DNA of 64,000 nucleotides from Thalia democratica (Eukaryota): NCBI GenBank assembly GCA_965202585.1, contig CBDBBG010000262.1, positions 1 to 64,000 of the forward strand, read 5' to 3'. Shown piece by piece: positions 38,422 to 52,056 of this stretch (position 1 is its first letter; each line of letters starts with the position of its first letter). The notes under the pieces were generated by a model. It saw only the letters and a program-made list of their open reading frames with translations, ran no database searches and was not told where the DNA came from. The position numbers and the translations under genes were made by a program.

Positions 38422-39035
38422 AAAATTACTTCAATGCCAAAAGAACAGGAAGAATGTAAAACTGCTACAAATAATTTATATTTGCATATACTTTCTATCA
38501 TAGTAAATGCGACCAGTAAGTTAGAAAATTTGTAATAATAAATCTAAAACTTGGTAATAAAAAACGCAATTATTTATAGAAAACAGTAGTAAGTATCTTA
38601 ATTCTTTTAAGAATAGTTAACCTTTAACTTATGAAACAGGTATATGTTTGGTTTACAGTTACCGAAACGATGTATTGACTAAATCAGCTAAAATAAATAA
38701 AATTAGGTGTTTTATGTATTTGTACAACTTATAAAGGCAAAATTGTTGTTACTGGAGGTAGACATATACAGTATGTGTATAAATAAGTTGAAGCATACGA
38801 CTTTTGTGTAAACAAATGGAATTATTTACCTGATATGAATAAGGAAAAATATTATCATGCTTCAGTTAGCATATTTAATAAGTTGTTTGTAGTCGGTTGG
38901 TATTTTATTTTAAGTAGTGAAGTATATGACAATTGTTCAAGAAAATTTACTTTATTGCAACTAAGTTGTTAAAATTTTCTTTATCATTCTACTTCTGAAG
39001 CATTCAGTATTGGCAATAAAATTATATAATTGTTA
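38422..39035 (+). pseudogene. Kelch-repeat pseudogene fragment, tandem copy 2
   Basis: Duplicates 37836-38390 (aaaattacttcaatgccaaaagaa ... aaatttactttattgcaac) with several stops. Confidence 0.8.
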
Positions 39036-39488
39036 ATACCATAACTATAAGTAAGCAATTAACAAAAAAGAAAACCTAAGAGTTAGAAATAAGTAAAATT
39101 ATTAGTACATAATAATTATAGTAATTATATAAGTACAAAAGTATAATTCTAATAATCTACTAAGGTATTAAATGTTTTTGTTAAACTTTAACTTTTGTAT
39201 TCAAATAGCTCAGAAAGGTTTAAAAATATAACCACCGTATGGACACTGAAGCTAGATAAGTTTATTTTAAAACATACTATACAAACTATAGGATTAAAAT
39301 TTTTGTTTTTTTTGTTTTGACTTTTTGAAATTAAAATCAAATACTTAAAAATATTTAAAAATTTTAACTCTATATGAAATCTTACTCAAATAGACTAATA
39401 AACTCATGTTTAAAGAAATTAACATTTTTGATCATGAAAAAGTATATATTTTTAATTTTTTAATATGGTATCAGTTACTTTATCAGAG

Positions 39489-40188
39489 CAGGGATCGACA
39501 GGCATTTGCTAGCCGCAGGCCAAACTATAGAAATAAAAGACTGGCGAACTGCAGTCGTAGTTTCAATTTTTGCTTTGCACTTAACCTCACAATATTTAAT
39601 GTAAATAAATAATTTATCAGTAAGTTTTATCCAAGATCTTTTTATCTCTTCATTTAAAACCTGAGATTATCTAGTTTAAGTTTTTTTTTAATTTACATGA
39701 TCGCGGGTTCAAGTTTTATTATCGCATCCCAATTAAATTAAAAAAATACCAACTGAAAATAAACTTTAACCCTTTACTGACCTTATGTGGCTTTCGGGCT
39801 GCAGTTTAGTATATGCAGGGATACTCATAGCACAGTAGTCCGCAGCTTTTCATAACCCACGGATAAACTTTATTAAAAAAATTGGCTGGTTACAAAACAT
39901 CCTCCGCGGGCCGCAGTTATTTCAAACTGTGCAGTCAAAAAATTACTGTTTTAAACAAAAAGTGTATTAAAACAAGCAATATTGAAGCACTATTTAGTAT
40001 AACTAGAAACATTGAAAAAATCTTTATTGTAGTAAAAGCTAACTGTTAAGTTTTAATTTTAAATGTACCATCACAACTGATAGATTTTACTCCAAAAAGA
40101 TTTTTTTTTTCGTTGTTTCTAGTTATATATCTCAGCCAAAAATTTACTGGCCGCATTTTCCCCGCGTGCTGCAATTTTACGATCCCTA
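39489..40188. mobile_element. hAT-like MITE
   Basis: Inverted ends CAGGGATCG...CGATCCCTA; internal ccgcgggccgcag motif; imperfect 8 bp flanks atcagagc/atcatagg. Confidence 0.5.
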
Positions 40189-40734
40189 TCATAGGACATT
40201 TTTTAAAATATATTAATTTACTTTAATTTATAAATCAAAAATTGGAATAGTTATCATCTTATCTTTAAACTAGAATTATTTTTTATTGAAGAAACTATTT
40301 AAAAAAACTTTGTTTATTATACGAGTTAGCTTTAAAGGTTTCTTCAAGGAATTGTAAAATAAACCCAAAAATGTATTCAACAAAAACAAGTAAATTAAAT
40401 TGTTTTTAACAGTAATGTTTTTTTTGGGAATTAATTAAAACTACATACAACATAGTTTCAACAATTAAAAGTTATATATAACCAGGCCTATATTTTTTTT
40501 TTGCATAATTTACAAACTAATCATAATAATACTGACTTATGAATTCGAACTAAAATATCTTAACAATATCAAACTTTTTTTAAATAAACAACATATTAAT
40601 CGCAAAATGAAAGCTATTAATACTTAGCAAGAATGTTATTAAACTAAACGAAGTATAAACATAATAGTAGTAAAGTAAAAAAATATACAACCTAATACAG
40701 TTTTTGCACATTTTAATCTGAACTGTAATTAATA

Positions 40735-41085
40735 AAACTTGATCCAGTCAAATTGTTCAGAGTTTTTAACTTCTTTTATGACCAGCTGTCACTAATTACA
40801 TCATATATAAAAATTTTTGTTTCTGATGAGGAAAGTTTTTCAGCAAAAAACTAAAATTTTATAGTCAACACAAACAGCTTTAATATCAAATAGTTTTAAA
40901 TTTTTCATAAAATCAGAACTAATTAAAGTAAACTTTCTAGAAAAACTATCAAAAACTTCACAACAAGAATTAATGCAACCACCAATAACAAATAACTTAT
41001 TACCTATGCTATCTGAAACATGACAATATCTTCTTTCAATCATATCAGGTAAATAAGTCCAATTATTTTTTTGTTTTATTAATCG
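40735..41085 (-). pseudogene. Kelch-repeat pseudogene fragment, copy 3
   Basis: NWTYLPDMIERR...SIGNKLFVIGG...CEVFDSFSRKFT; stops follow. Confidence 0.8.
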
Positions 41086-43564
41086 AAGTTAAACTCAATT
41101 TACACTTTAGCGTTACAACACTAACTTTTACAACACAAGTACAACTACTTCTAAAAACGTTATTAAAAACACATTAAAATTGTACATTGGTCTATTTTAC
41201 TGCTTTTTAGAATGATTAGAACTCAGAAGTACCAACAAAAGAAAATTTTGTATTGGTAAGGGTACATGACCGTTTTTAAACAAAACATAAATTCACTAAT
41301 TGTAGCTGTGTATTTTCATTTATTTTTTTTTATTAAAAGCTTATAGGTAAATTATATCCTAAAGTTATTAAAATAAAATATCAAGTTAAGCTTTATTTGT
41401 AAAGTAATAAAAAGTTAAAAAAAATTTCTCTAGTTTTAATCATCTTTATGCGCTTCTTTTTTGCAAAATCTAAAAGTTTTTGGACACCGTAAAACTAAGT
41501 TTTTTTATTTAAAAAGATTAGTAATTTTGGAAATTCGTTTTTAATTATCAAACTAGTTTGTTAAAAAAATAGTCGATTCTTATTTTCTAAAATATATCTA
41601 TAAATTTTTAATGGTATAATTCATTTTAGAATTGGAATCGTTGATAGTTGAATTGTCATTAAATAGTATTAATTTTTACTAGTGTTTTGTGCTTTTATAT
41701 ATTTGAAAGAGAAATAAGATGTAACATTATTTTTTTTAATTTGTTAATTATATATTCTATTAGTTAAAATTTATTGTGATACTGTTTAAAAATACATGTT
41801 AAATTGCTTTCTATATATGAATTTCTATTAAACTGGAAAATTATTTATGTTTGTTTAAAAATTCTATCTCTTTTCGCAGACCTTAATAAGCTGTGAACAA
41901 CAAAAAATGATTGATCTGTTATAAAATACAGCATTTAATTTTTAGAGATATATGCAATAGCTAGAAATGACAAAATTTGTCAAGTTGTCTTTAAAACATT
42001 CATATATTCAAAATTTTTAGATTTCAGTCTTAAAAATAAAAAGCATTTTGAAATGTTCTTAAAAGTCTTATATTTCCGCTAGTACCCTAGAAACGCAAGA
42101 AATATATAGCAAATGTCACATATATGTGGAAAAACATGTTTTTTTCAATTTTTTTTTAACATTACCAATTATAAGTTTTTTCTTTAAAACTAAAAAGAGG
42201 TCATAACTTTTTTTTTAGATCGTAAAATTTTTAAAAACATTTTTTTTGATCATATTTTTGAATATTATATTTTATTAAACGATAAAAAAAATAGTTATTT
42301 GGTTCTAGGACCTGGTGCACGAAGAACCTTTCGGTTATCGAGTTGCCCACCACGGATACCTTTTAACGTCTTGTCAAGGACTTTTTAATTTTTGCATACT
42401 TTGTTTTTCTTTGTGAATAAACGGGTGCTTATTTCAATTAAGCCGTAGTTCCTTTAATATTTGCTGAGTCAGCATTTGAAAATTTAATCTTTTAATTTTT
42501 TTTTAATCTATAACTTTAACCTTTAATTTTAGCAACATTTGAAATATTGCACTTTTTCTTCAGCACTTTGAGTGGACTAATGTAGTTTTGCATATATGAG
42601 ATATAATAAAATATTGCACTTTTTTGCACTTTTTGTTTTACACTTTTAAAAATCGAACATCCACAACAAGTTTGATCAAAAAACTACCATTAGAAATATC
42701 CAAGACATTTTTTGTTCTTCATTTGCAACTACAGAATATCCAGTATAAGTTTCAAATTTCTATCTCATGGCCTCCTGTGGCTTATTTACTGCTCATGGCG
42801 CCCTGATTATCTCTCATGGTCCCTAAGGAGGTGATTCGGCCCACTTTAGGAAACTCTGGTCTAGAATGATATTTAGTTTTTCTTGGTTCATCATTTTGTT
42901 GTTTTCTATAATCAATTTCATCAAAAAAATTGTCTTTTATTGATTATGCTATGCTTAATAAAAAAATCCTTGGTGCTAATTTTCTATTATTTTATAAAAA
43001 TAAACTGTAGTTTTTATTACAAATTTGAAATTAATTTTTATAATGATTTAAGTTATTTTATGCAGGTTAGTACTATTTATTGTACAATTAAACTAGGTCA
43101 ACTAAAATATCAAAAATAATATATATAAAAAAAACTATCCACGAATTTTGTTTTTTAAACTCAACTGAAAACATTCAATGTTGAAAATCGTAAAACAGTA
43201 TTTCTCATAAGTTTAGTTACCATTTAATGCACAAGCACACACGTATAATTAGGGTAGGGAGTATTTGGGTGATGTTTACTTGACTTATGAGATACAATTT
43301 AAATGATATAATTTGAATGTGTTTTTGCTTTATTAATAAGAGTTTGTAGAAAAAGTGACTAAAAAACAAAACTGCTGCCGAAAAAAAAAATTTTTAACCC
43401 AAAAATAAAATGTCTTCGATATTTTGAACCAAACAGTATTAAATTTTTTCACAGATGTCCACTTATATCTTACATAGAAGCTAATAATTGTAAGCATAAA
43501 GTAAAAACATTTTAACTGCTTTTGATGTATTATGACGTAATTATCACACAAAATTTTGTATGTA

Positions 43565-43993
43565 CAGGGTTGCCACTTTAATTGGAAACCTTGAAAAACC
43601 TAAAATTCGACAGTTTAGGCAAAAATAACCTGGAAAAAACTGGATCATGAAAAGTTTTGTAAAAAACCTGGAAAAACCTGGAATTTTGAACAAAAATCAC
43701 TAAAAAAAGCCTAGAATTTTAACATATTTCACATCTTTAGTAGTAAAGTTTCAATTTGACTCAAAAATTCTATTATATAAAGAAAAAATATTTGTCATCA
43801 TCAAAATTTTTATTTATAAAAATATATTTAAAGTAGCTTTACATTATCTTTTCAATGTTTTTATACTAATAATTACAGTTTTTTACCTTTGACTTAATTT
43901 AAACTAAAAACAAACCCAAAAATGTGAACTTTTAAAAACCTGGAATAAATTGGAAAAATTAGAAAAATATTTGAAAACCAAGTGGCAACCCTG
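43565..43993. mobile_element. MITE with perfect 14 bp TIR and TA flanks
   Basis: TA/CAGGGTTGCCACTT ... AAGTGGCAACCCTG/TA; internal AAAACCTGG repeats. Confidence 0.85.
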
Positions 43994-44575
43994 TATTTAA
44001 AATTGATCCTTTTTACTAGTTATAAAATGCAAATTTTTCTACTTTTTTTACTACTTTTTTTTATTTTTGAATTTTTTGATTTAAAAGTGTAGAGTTAGCT
44101 AGCCAGAAAGATATTACTGATGTAATCTCATTTTAATTGGATGTTGACATAAATATTATATACACTTAAAATTGTTTTCCGTTGTTAGAAGTTACAATTA
44201 TTGAGAGAACCTGTCTTTAAATAAAAGATTTAGATCTATATGTTTTAGAAACTGCATGTAAATTTATTAATATTAGTGTAATTTTTTTAATTAAATTTTT
44301 TTTTTTTTCTATAAAGAAACAATAATTATTAATCTGTTATAGGCTTTTTTAGCTGTAGGTAAGTTGTTATTTTCACATCGCTATCAGTTTAAGTTTGTAA
44401 TGTATTATACGTTTAAAATTTATTCTTGGGTTGTTAGTTTTTCTAAATGTTTTCATCTTTAGTTTAAAAGTTTTTTATCAAATCCTGTTTAGTTTTAAAA
44501 TCGTAGCATTTTACTATTACTGGGTTTAACAATATAAATGTTAGACTCAGCATTGAAAAAGATATAAACTTTTAT

Positions 44576-44935
44576 GTTGCCACTTTACCTAGAAACCCGG
44601 AAAAACCTGGAGTTTTGAACAAAAATCACTAAAAACAACCTTGAAAAACCTAGAATTTAAACAATTATCACATGTTTAGTTGTTAAATTTTCATATGACT
44701 CAAAATATCTTAAATATAAATAAAAATCTTTTGTCATCATGAAAATTTTTTTATTAAAAAACATATTTAAAGTGTCGTTACAATACTTGTATGATGTTTT
44801 TATACTATTTAATATAGCTTTTTACCTTAAAATTGACTTTTAACTAGAAATAGAACAAAAATGTGTAAATTAAAAAACCTGTAAAAAAATTGGAAAACTT
44901 GGAAATTTTTTTAAAAATAAGTACGTGTGGCAACC
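44576..44935. mobile_element. Second, decayed copy of the CAGGGTTGCCAC MITE family
   Basis: Ends gttgccacttt and gtggcaacc; internal aaaaacctggagttttgaacaaaaatcactaaaaa shared with 43670-43710. Confidence 0.75.
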
Positions 44936-46406
44936 TTTATTTATAAGATTATACCTAACTAAGAGCTATGTTATACACTTCGTAATATTACATTTTACAC
45001 CAAGTATAACTATACTTTATAGTTTTATTAATCTCTATAAAGTAAATTCTAGGGTTGACCATCCTTTTTGCTTCTTTTTCTTTCTTTTAAATGTTATTTA
45101 AACTCAAGTTTATATTATTATTTTTTTTAAATATTCATACCCAGTATCTCTACATTGATACTTTTATAATTTTCACAATTTGTTCAAATTTTAACAATCT
45201 CGATGAGTAAAATCTCATTGACTTTTTAATAAATTCATCTTTATTGATTCCTTGAATTAACATTTTTTCATTGTCTTTTAGATTACTTCTTCTTGTTTTT
45301 ATAAAGTTGAAATAATTTTGCTATCCATTAATCTTTTCTGACTAGCTAATCAAATTTTGAGCCTAAATTAATACAAAAATAATTAAATCTTGTGTTAATA
45401 AAAGCATTTAAGCAGGGTTGCAACTCTTTCATACTAAATTAAAATTGTAAAAAAAACTAAAGCTTACATAGTATTTTTTGATTTTTAACAAAATCTTAGA
45501 TAGCTTGGATATCCTTTTAAATGTCAAGCTAGGTTTTCTAGTGTTTTGTTTTGGTATTATATGTTTTAATGATTTTTATATTGTTTTTTATTTGCTTTTG
45601 GCGCTAAATATTTTTTTTACTTATGGCTAGTTTGATGAAACTCAGGTTTGTTTGTCACTCATGTTGACTATTTTGCATAAAAATAAATAATATACTTAGT
45701 TAAAATTGTTTTAAAAGTATTTAATAAAAGAATGCATTTAGTTACAAGCTAAGCTATTAAATTAAACATTTTAAAAATATAAACCTTTGTTGAATTTAAT
45801 TTATATTATTTATTTAAAAATTTTTTTTAATATGTTGAAACTTAAGTAGTATTTTACAATATATTTTTTAAAAGCTACCTTAACTTATGTTAGTTTAAAT
45901 GTCTATGTCAATGTTTAGTAAAAGTTTTTCATGAAAAGTGTACTAATTTAATAATCAATGTAATTTTTCTAATGTGTTATTATAAAGTAAAAAGATTACA
46001 CACAAGTAAAGAAAAATAGTATAAATAAATATTTTTTCACTATTATCTTAAACTATTAATATCTTAAACTGTAAACTTTTTATAGTTTAGTCTTATTATC
46101 TTAACTCGTCTTTATTTGGATCAAAAGCTAAAAAATTAAAAGTTAAACCAAACCACGTTAATCTTATTATTATGTGAAACTTCCGGCACCTGAATTTTAG
46201 AAAACATTTTTAAAACTTTCTAATGCAGGATTAAAGCCAGAATGTAGTAATGAACTCTGAAGTTAACTTGTTGCAATTATAAAATTCTTACTTCAATTTT
46301 AAATTAACGTTTTTACACACAATTACTTTTAAATCAAAGTACATATATATACTTTATGATTCAAAAGTTGTTTAGTTGAGGCAAAAGTTTTAACGTACAT
46401 ATCGTG

Positions 46407-46733
46407 GCAGGGCTGCCAGACACACAGACTACACAAAATGACTCAGGCTTGTTAAAGGTTTTTGAAAAACTCAGTTTTGTTTGAATTTTTTGTAAGAGCC
46501 AGACGAACTTACACTGGCTTTATTAAACTGGGCTAGATTATTTGATTTATATAGTTATTTTATGAGTAGTTGTATGTTTACTTTATTTTTTATTTTACTT
46601 AGATCTTTTCATGTAGTTAACCTTTTTATAATTTTCCATCATACAAATGTTTTTAAGTTTTTTTAAACTCAGGCAGGCTAGGCTTATTATTGGTTCTTTA
46701 GAATATTTAAAATTCATAAAAATGACAATCCTG
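46407..46733. mobile_element. Possible degenerate MITE
   Basis: Imperfect inverted ends cagggctgcca / tgacaatcctg. Confidence 0.3.
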
Positions 46734-46944
46734 TTTTCAAGTATAGACTGTATACTAGGGTTTTTCAAACTTTTTCAAAAGGTACCCTGTAAAAAATTAA
46801 AGTTATTGCCTCCTTAAAACAAATTTTCTTAAATTACTACCTTCAAAAACCCTTAAGATTTTGTTTTGTTCTTTATCTTCAACCCCAAAACATCTAGAGT
46901 ATATTTTAAATTATTAGATTCCCCTTTTACAGTTTATGGCCCTT

Positions 46945-47020
46945 AAACTTCCTAAAACTTCATCTAATATTAACAATCTAAACATCTAAAATATTAACAT
47001 CTAAAAATAACATCTAATGT
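46945..47020 (+). repeat. Degenerate AACATCTAA minisatellite
   Basis: About 6 imperfect copies of (a)acatctaa. Confidence 0.6.
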
Positions 47021-47480
47021 AAGTTTCAAAACTACCATGAAAAATTCCTATTTCTTTTTTTTTTCTGTTCTTCATTAATTCAAGTACATCTAGTATATGT
47101 TTCAAGATATGACCTCGTGGCTCTTTTACTACCTTTGCTGCTATGATTTTACTTGGCTGTTTTAGGAAAATCTAGTTGTAGATGTTATTAACAAATTTCA
47201 GTTAATTTACTAGGTAAAAACAGGTACTTGAAGCTATTGAAATGTTTCATATTTTAATTACAACACTGAACTGTACCGACACTAATTATTTAGAATCAAA
47301 CTGAGTTTTGTTTAAAAATAAAGTATAGCACACTTTAATGACTAAAATGACACGATATATAATTATTTTACTTTTTGATTATGTTTTTTTGTACATAATA
47401 GTTATTTTTAACAATCGAAACATTAACTTTTTATTCATTTCCTAGAAATCTATAAAAATATTTACTTGTAATACAAGACA

Positions 47481-49160
47481 ATGTCTTTCACTGAAAAAGA
47501 TCTGAATGAATTCTTAAAATCCAATACTCAACAAGACTATCTGCTTGACTTTTATAAGGAAGAACTTGAAAAGAAAAATAAGCAGATCCAAACAATTAAA
47601 GAAACGTTTAGTAAACATAAAAAATCTGCAGTAAATATAGTTGTAAAACTTGTGAAAAGCAACCATCTAAACTTATCTCGACCTAGTTACTCGCTGAGGA
47701 ATTTCAAGTTTAAAATTGAAGATTTAAACGAGAAAAATGCAGATTATAAACTATTGAGCAATGCACTAAAAGATGTAACAGGAAAAGTGAAAACGCTCGA
47801 TACTAAAGACACAAGCCAAAAAAAGATTGTAAGAATCGTGCCAGCAAAAAAGCAAAAAGTAGAAGATAATAAAGCCACAAATTTACTTTTACTTCACGGG
47901 ACTCCCGCAGCGAACGTTATGAGAATTTTAAAAGAAGATTTTATACCGTCCAAAATGGGCAAGCACGGCCCGGGAGTGTACCACACAAACAGTCAAAATC
48001 AAGCATCTCTGTACAGTGAAAATTACAAAATCGAAAACTCAACTCTTAAGAGAGTGAGCTACCTGTTTGTTAACAAGGTAAAACAAACCAAGGCGCCAAA
48101 AAAACCGAGGAAGTTTTTCGGTAAAAATATTTATGATGAGTATCTGAAACAAAAGCCTGTTTTGCAGACTTTTGATTACAAAACAGGCAACGTAGTAGCA
48201 ATTGATGAAAGTATGCAGTACAAAACTGATGAAGCAAAAAATAAGTTGATAGGAGGTACATTCAGTCATGCTATTAGTAAAACAAACATTTTTCTAGCTC
48301 ATCATGATCTGGTAGTCCCTGCTTATCTAATCGAAATTAAAAAAGAAGCAGACATTCAAAAATTTGTGTCTAACGCGCTTTACGATTGGTTAGAGATAAA
48401 AAAATTCAAAGATGTACAACCTGCCAACGGAGTCAAAAAACTAACCATAGAATATCTAAAAGAATACGTAGAAAACGAATTGAATGCAAACCACAATGAA
48501 GAGTTAAAGTTTACAGAGCTTAAGTTCAACTACAAATTGAGATCCACTCTGCAGCAAATAGCTTTCAAACTCACTGACATTACTGATATAAAAAAAGACA
48601 AAAGCAGCAAGTACTCAATCAAAGAACTTACTAAAAAGCACGAAGACTATCTGTTCGTGATGCGTTCGATTTCATGTGAAAGTGTTGGAATTATTCCTAA
48701 CGTTCTTCACATATACGCAATTGATTCCAAGGCAAAAAGCGAGGAAATAAAAGGCAGAAGGTTGTACGCCCACGGGGTAAAGTCGGACAAAATTCAAAAG
48801 ATTATAACATCCGGCTACGATTGCCAGTCGTGGAGTGCAATGTGTTTTGAGGAGTGCGTTGCCTGCAACGAAGCCCCCTGCGCCCGCTACTCGACCTCAT
48901 GCTACCTTTTAGAGAAGGAAAAAAGTAACAACAGGCGATTGAGTAAGAATTTCAACATGAAAATCCAAAAGCTTGTCAACAAAAACTTGGCTTATGTTTT
49001 TCTCGTTGCCAGAAACGAAAAGAGCATTGGCAAGAACGTTGATACTGACAGCAGAGGATGCTACATCAAGGATGGAACGCTGATGCCTGATTTTAAATCT
49101 GAAGTTGAACACACGCCTGTGGTTGAAACGATCCCGACCTACCTGCTCGTTGTGAAATAG
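47481..49160 (+). CDS. Intronless 559-aa protein with N-terminal coiled coil and two tandem PARP-like (ADP-ribosyltransferase) domains
   Basis: Domain 1: LLHGT...ILKEDF...GPGVYHTN...ASLYS...LVVPAYLIE. Domain 2: LYAHGV...IITSGY...ARYSTSCY...IPTYLLVVK. The ORF is uninterrupted. Confidence 0.8.
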   Translation: MSFTEKDLNEFLKSNTQQDYLLDFYKEELEKKNKQIQTIKETFSKHKKSAVNIVVKLVKSNHLNLSRPSYSLRNFKFKIEDLNEKNADYKLLSNALKDVTGKVKTLDTKDTSQKKIVRIVPAKKQKVEDNKATNLLLLHGTPAANVMRILKEDFIPSKMGKHGPGVYHTNSQNQASLYSENYKIENSTLKRVSYLFVNKVKQTKAPKKPRKFFGKNIYDEYLKQKPVLQTFDYKTGNVVAIDESMQYKTDEAKNKLIGGTFSHAISKTNIFLAHHDLVVPAYLIEIKKEADIQKFVSNALYDWLEIKKFKDVQPANGVKKLTIEYLKEYVENELNANHNEELKFTELKFNYKLRSTLQQIAFKLTDITDIKKDKSSKYSIKELTKKHEDYLFVMRSISCESVGIIPNVLHIYAIDSKAKSEEIKGRRLYAHGVKSDKIQKIITSGYDCQSWSAMCFEECVACNEAPCARYSTSCYLLEKEKSNNRRLSKNFNMKIQKLVNKNLAYVFLVARNEKSIGKNVDTDSRGCYIKDGTLMPDFKSEVEHTPVVETIPTYLLVVK

Positions 49161-51998
49161 TCTGATAATGATTGGGGTCTGGGTTGGTAGCACTAAAAAG
49201 ACTAGTTTGAAAAAGTTATGTTATAATGTTGCGTTTAACAGTTAAAAATAATCTTATACTTAAGTAAAGTGTTAAAATATATTAATATCAAAGCAATTTT
49301 ATAAATATTACTAGTTTATTCAATTAAACATTCTAAGTCCTAAGTTTAGCAAAATCTTTTTTATTTGAATATCTTAATCAAAATGTTCTAAATTGTTTTT
49401 ATACTTGATATAAATGCATATAGCTGTTTTAATTAAATTTAATGACAAATTACACTAATATTACCATTTTAAAAACTTTAAGCATTGTATATATTTTTTT
49501 CTTTTGAATTGAAAAACTTGATATAAAATTATTTTTAATTCCTGTTAGATTTCTTTTAATTCAAACTTTAAAAAGCAATTTTGATTACCTAGACTGATTA
49601 TGAATAAATTAAAACTGTAGGTGTTTAGTTTTGTAATATTATCTAACTTTTTGCTCAGTTTATAAAGTTATTTATTTTCATTGTAAAAATTAATATCTGT
49701 TTATTAATTAGAAAATAAAAATTGTACAAACCATAGTTTTTCCTTTTTCTGAACTATAATAAATATGTTTGAGAAACCCTGATTAAGAATGATATTTAAT
49801 TGTTCGAATTTTAATAGTTTATTGTTTTATCTAATCAGTTTTACTTAAGGACATGTTTTCCATTGATTTTGATAACCTTATATAAAAAGTTAAGCATATC
49901 AAACCCTTGGGGCTACTTCTCTTGAATTAAAATAATTTTGAAGTTTGTTTTAAATCTGGAATGATATCTATCATAATAAACTTATTCAACTATAATATCA
50001 AAAAAACCTACTTTATATAAAGTTAACTAACATGGTTATATAAATAATTATCCTCAAATTATGTTTTTTAATCTAAATTTAATAAAACTTTTAATGTTAG
50101 AAGTTCAAAAAAAATCTCACTAGTTTTGTGACCATCTAATGCACAAGCCTACACAAACAGTTTTAATTTTTTTATTGAAAATAAAAATGAACATGAAGTA
50201 TAAGTAGTTTTCTCGAGTGGCAAATGTTTTTCTAAGGATTTGAAAAAATAAACTCAGAATAACTTTAGGCTGTTTAAGGTCTATCAAAAGCAGTTTTTTG
50301 ACATAATGAGAGGCAACTTTCTTAAAACAGCAATTAAATCAAAATAAATAATAAACTTGCATTATAGATTCTTTAAACTTAAAATTACTGCATACATCAT
50401 AATGCAACAATACAAAATAGCAAATTTTTTTGTTTTGCGTTTATAAAATTTTCACACACATTTGAGTTTTTTTAACAATTTATAGAATAAAACTCTAAAC
50501 AATACAATTTGATAAAGTTAATAACTTTTATAAACAAAAAGAATATCCTTTTTTTTCTTTGATGAGTTATTATACAAAGCGTATTTATATCATACTAAAA
50601 TAAAAATATTATTTAAATATCTTTCTTTTTAATATTATTTAACCTCAAGTTTATAGTATTTTTTTTTATTACTTTTCCATTATTTTTCCAAATATTTTTG
50701 TTACAGACCCAGTACTTAAATTTAGTTATTCTGTTTTATGATATCAGTTAATTTTTTGTATAGTTTATTGTTATTAACGATGAATAAAACTTTCATATCT
50801 TTTTTATCAGTCTTACAAATACTAATTCCTACCGTTTATGAAGTGAATGCAAATTCAATTTTTCTTATGTTTTTGCACTAACACCACGTTTTATTTTTTT
50901 TCTATTAAAAATCGCTATACTTAATTAGTTTAATTAAATTTTCAAAAATATTAAAGTGTTATTTAATCATTAAATATTTAAATTCATTTCATAAAAACTA
51001 TTCGAATGGTCTTGCGTAAACTAGCATAAATCAAGCTGCAGAAATATCTATATATATATAGTTTTCAGCTCTGAACTTTATAAAATCTTAAACGTTCAAT
51101 TACTGAAAAGTTTATTAACAATTGCACATATCTAGTCGCCCGTCAAGAATTTACTCCTATACTTTTTAAATTTTCAAAAAAAAATTATAAGCTTATGACA
51201 GGTAGCAAAGATGTGGATTTATTACCAAAAAGTTTTATTTTAAACCAGGTCCTTGAATAAAATTTGCTGAGCACTTTTTTGTTGTTCAATTAACAATTTA
51301 TAATAATTTTAATTAACGAAACATTTCATTCATTTCAAATAACTTTTTCAGTATAATTTACAATCAAACATCTTTTATAGTTCACTATACGAATGAAACA
51401 CTTTATTGAATTTAGTAATATGCAAAAATAATACTAAATTTGACATTTAAATGAAAAATAGATTCTTTACATAAACTGAAATACTCATTAACTATTGTTT
51501 TAAAGCTTAAAAGATACTCTAAACTATTTTATACTATCTTTAAAGTATTTATTATTATTGAAAGGTTTTTGTCGTAGTTCTTTAAATGCGTAGATTGTTT
51601 TTTTTTTCAATCCAAAACTTAATCGAACAATTAAAAGTTTTAAGGTCCCTTTGAGCTTACATAGGGATTGTTTTCCGAAAAACTGATGACGCCTCAACTG
51701 AACCTTGTTTAAAACATCATAAAACTTTCACAGTTTTTTTATGATATATCCTAATTGTAAATTGCCTTGCAGTTGAAAGAAGAAAGGGCGTAACATTTAT
51801 AGGCATCCTAATAGTTATACTTATTTAAGGTTTAATTCTTATGTCAATTTTAAGATTTTTAAATTAGTGTTACTTCCGTATTATTTCTTAATATTTTTAG
51901 AAAATTTTTAAGATGATTTCATATAAATTTTAAAAGGACAGTTACTGTATCATTTCTACAGATTTTATTCATACCCACAAGTTTACAAACGTCTAAAT

Positions 51999-52056
51999 CA
52001 GTGGTAGGCAAACTTTGGTGCGCGGGCAAAATGCGGATCAAAATCTGCGGCCTGCG
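51999..52056 (+). mobile_element. hAT/Charlie-like MITE terminus remnant
   Basis: CAGTGGTAGGCAAACTT followed by gcgggc and gcggcctgcg motifs. Confidence 0.45.

Noticed and set aside
45060-45360. Lys/Glu-rich minus-strand stretch as a decayed gene
   Set aside because: Stops in all frames and no recognisable motif
48039-49193. Minus-strand ORFs 48039, 48070 and 48909
   Set aside because: Antisense to the PARP-like ORF
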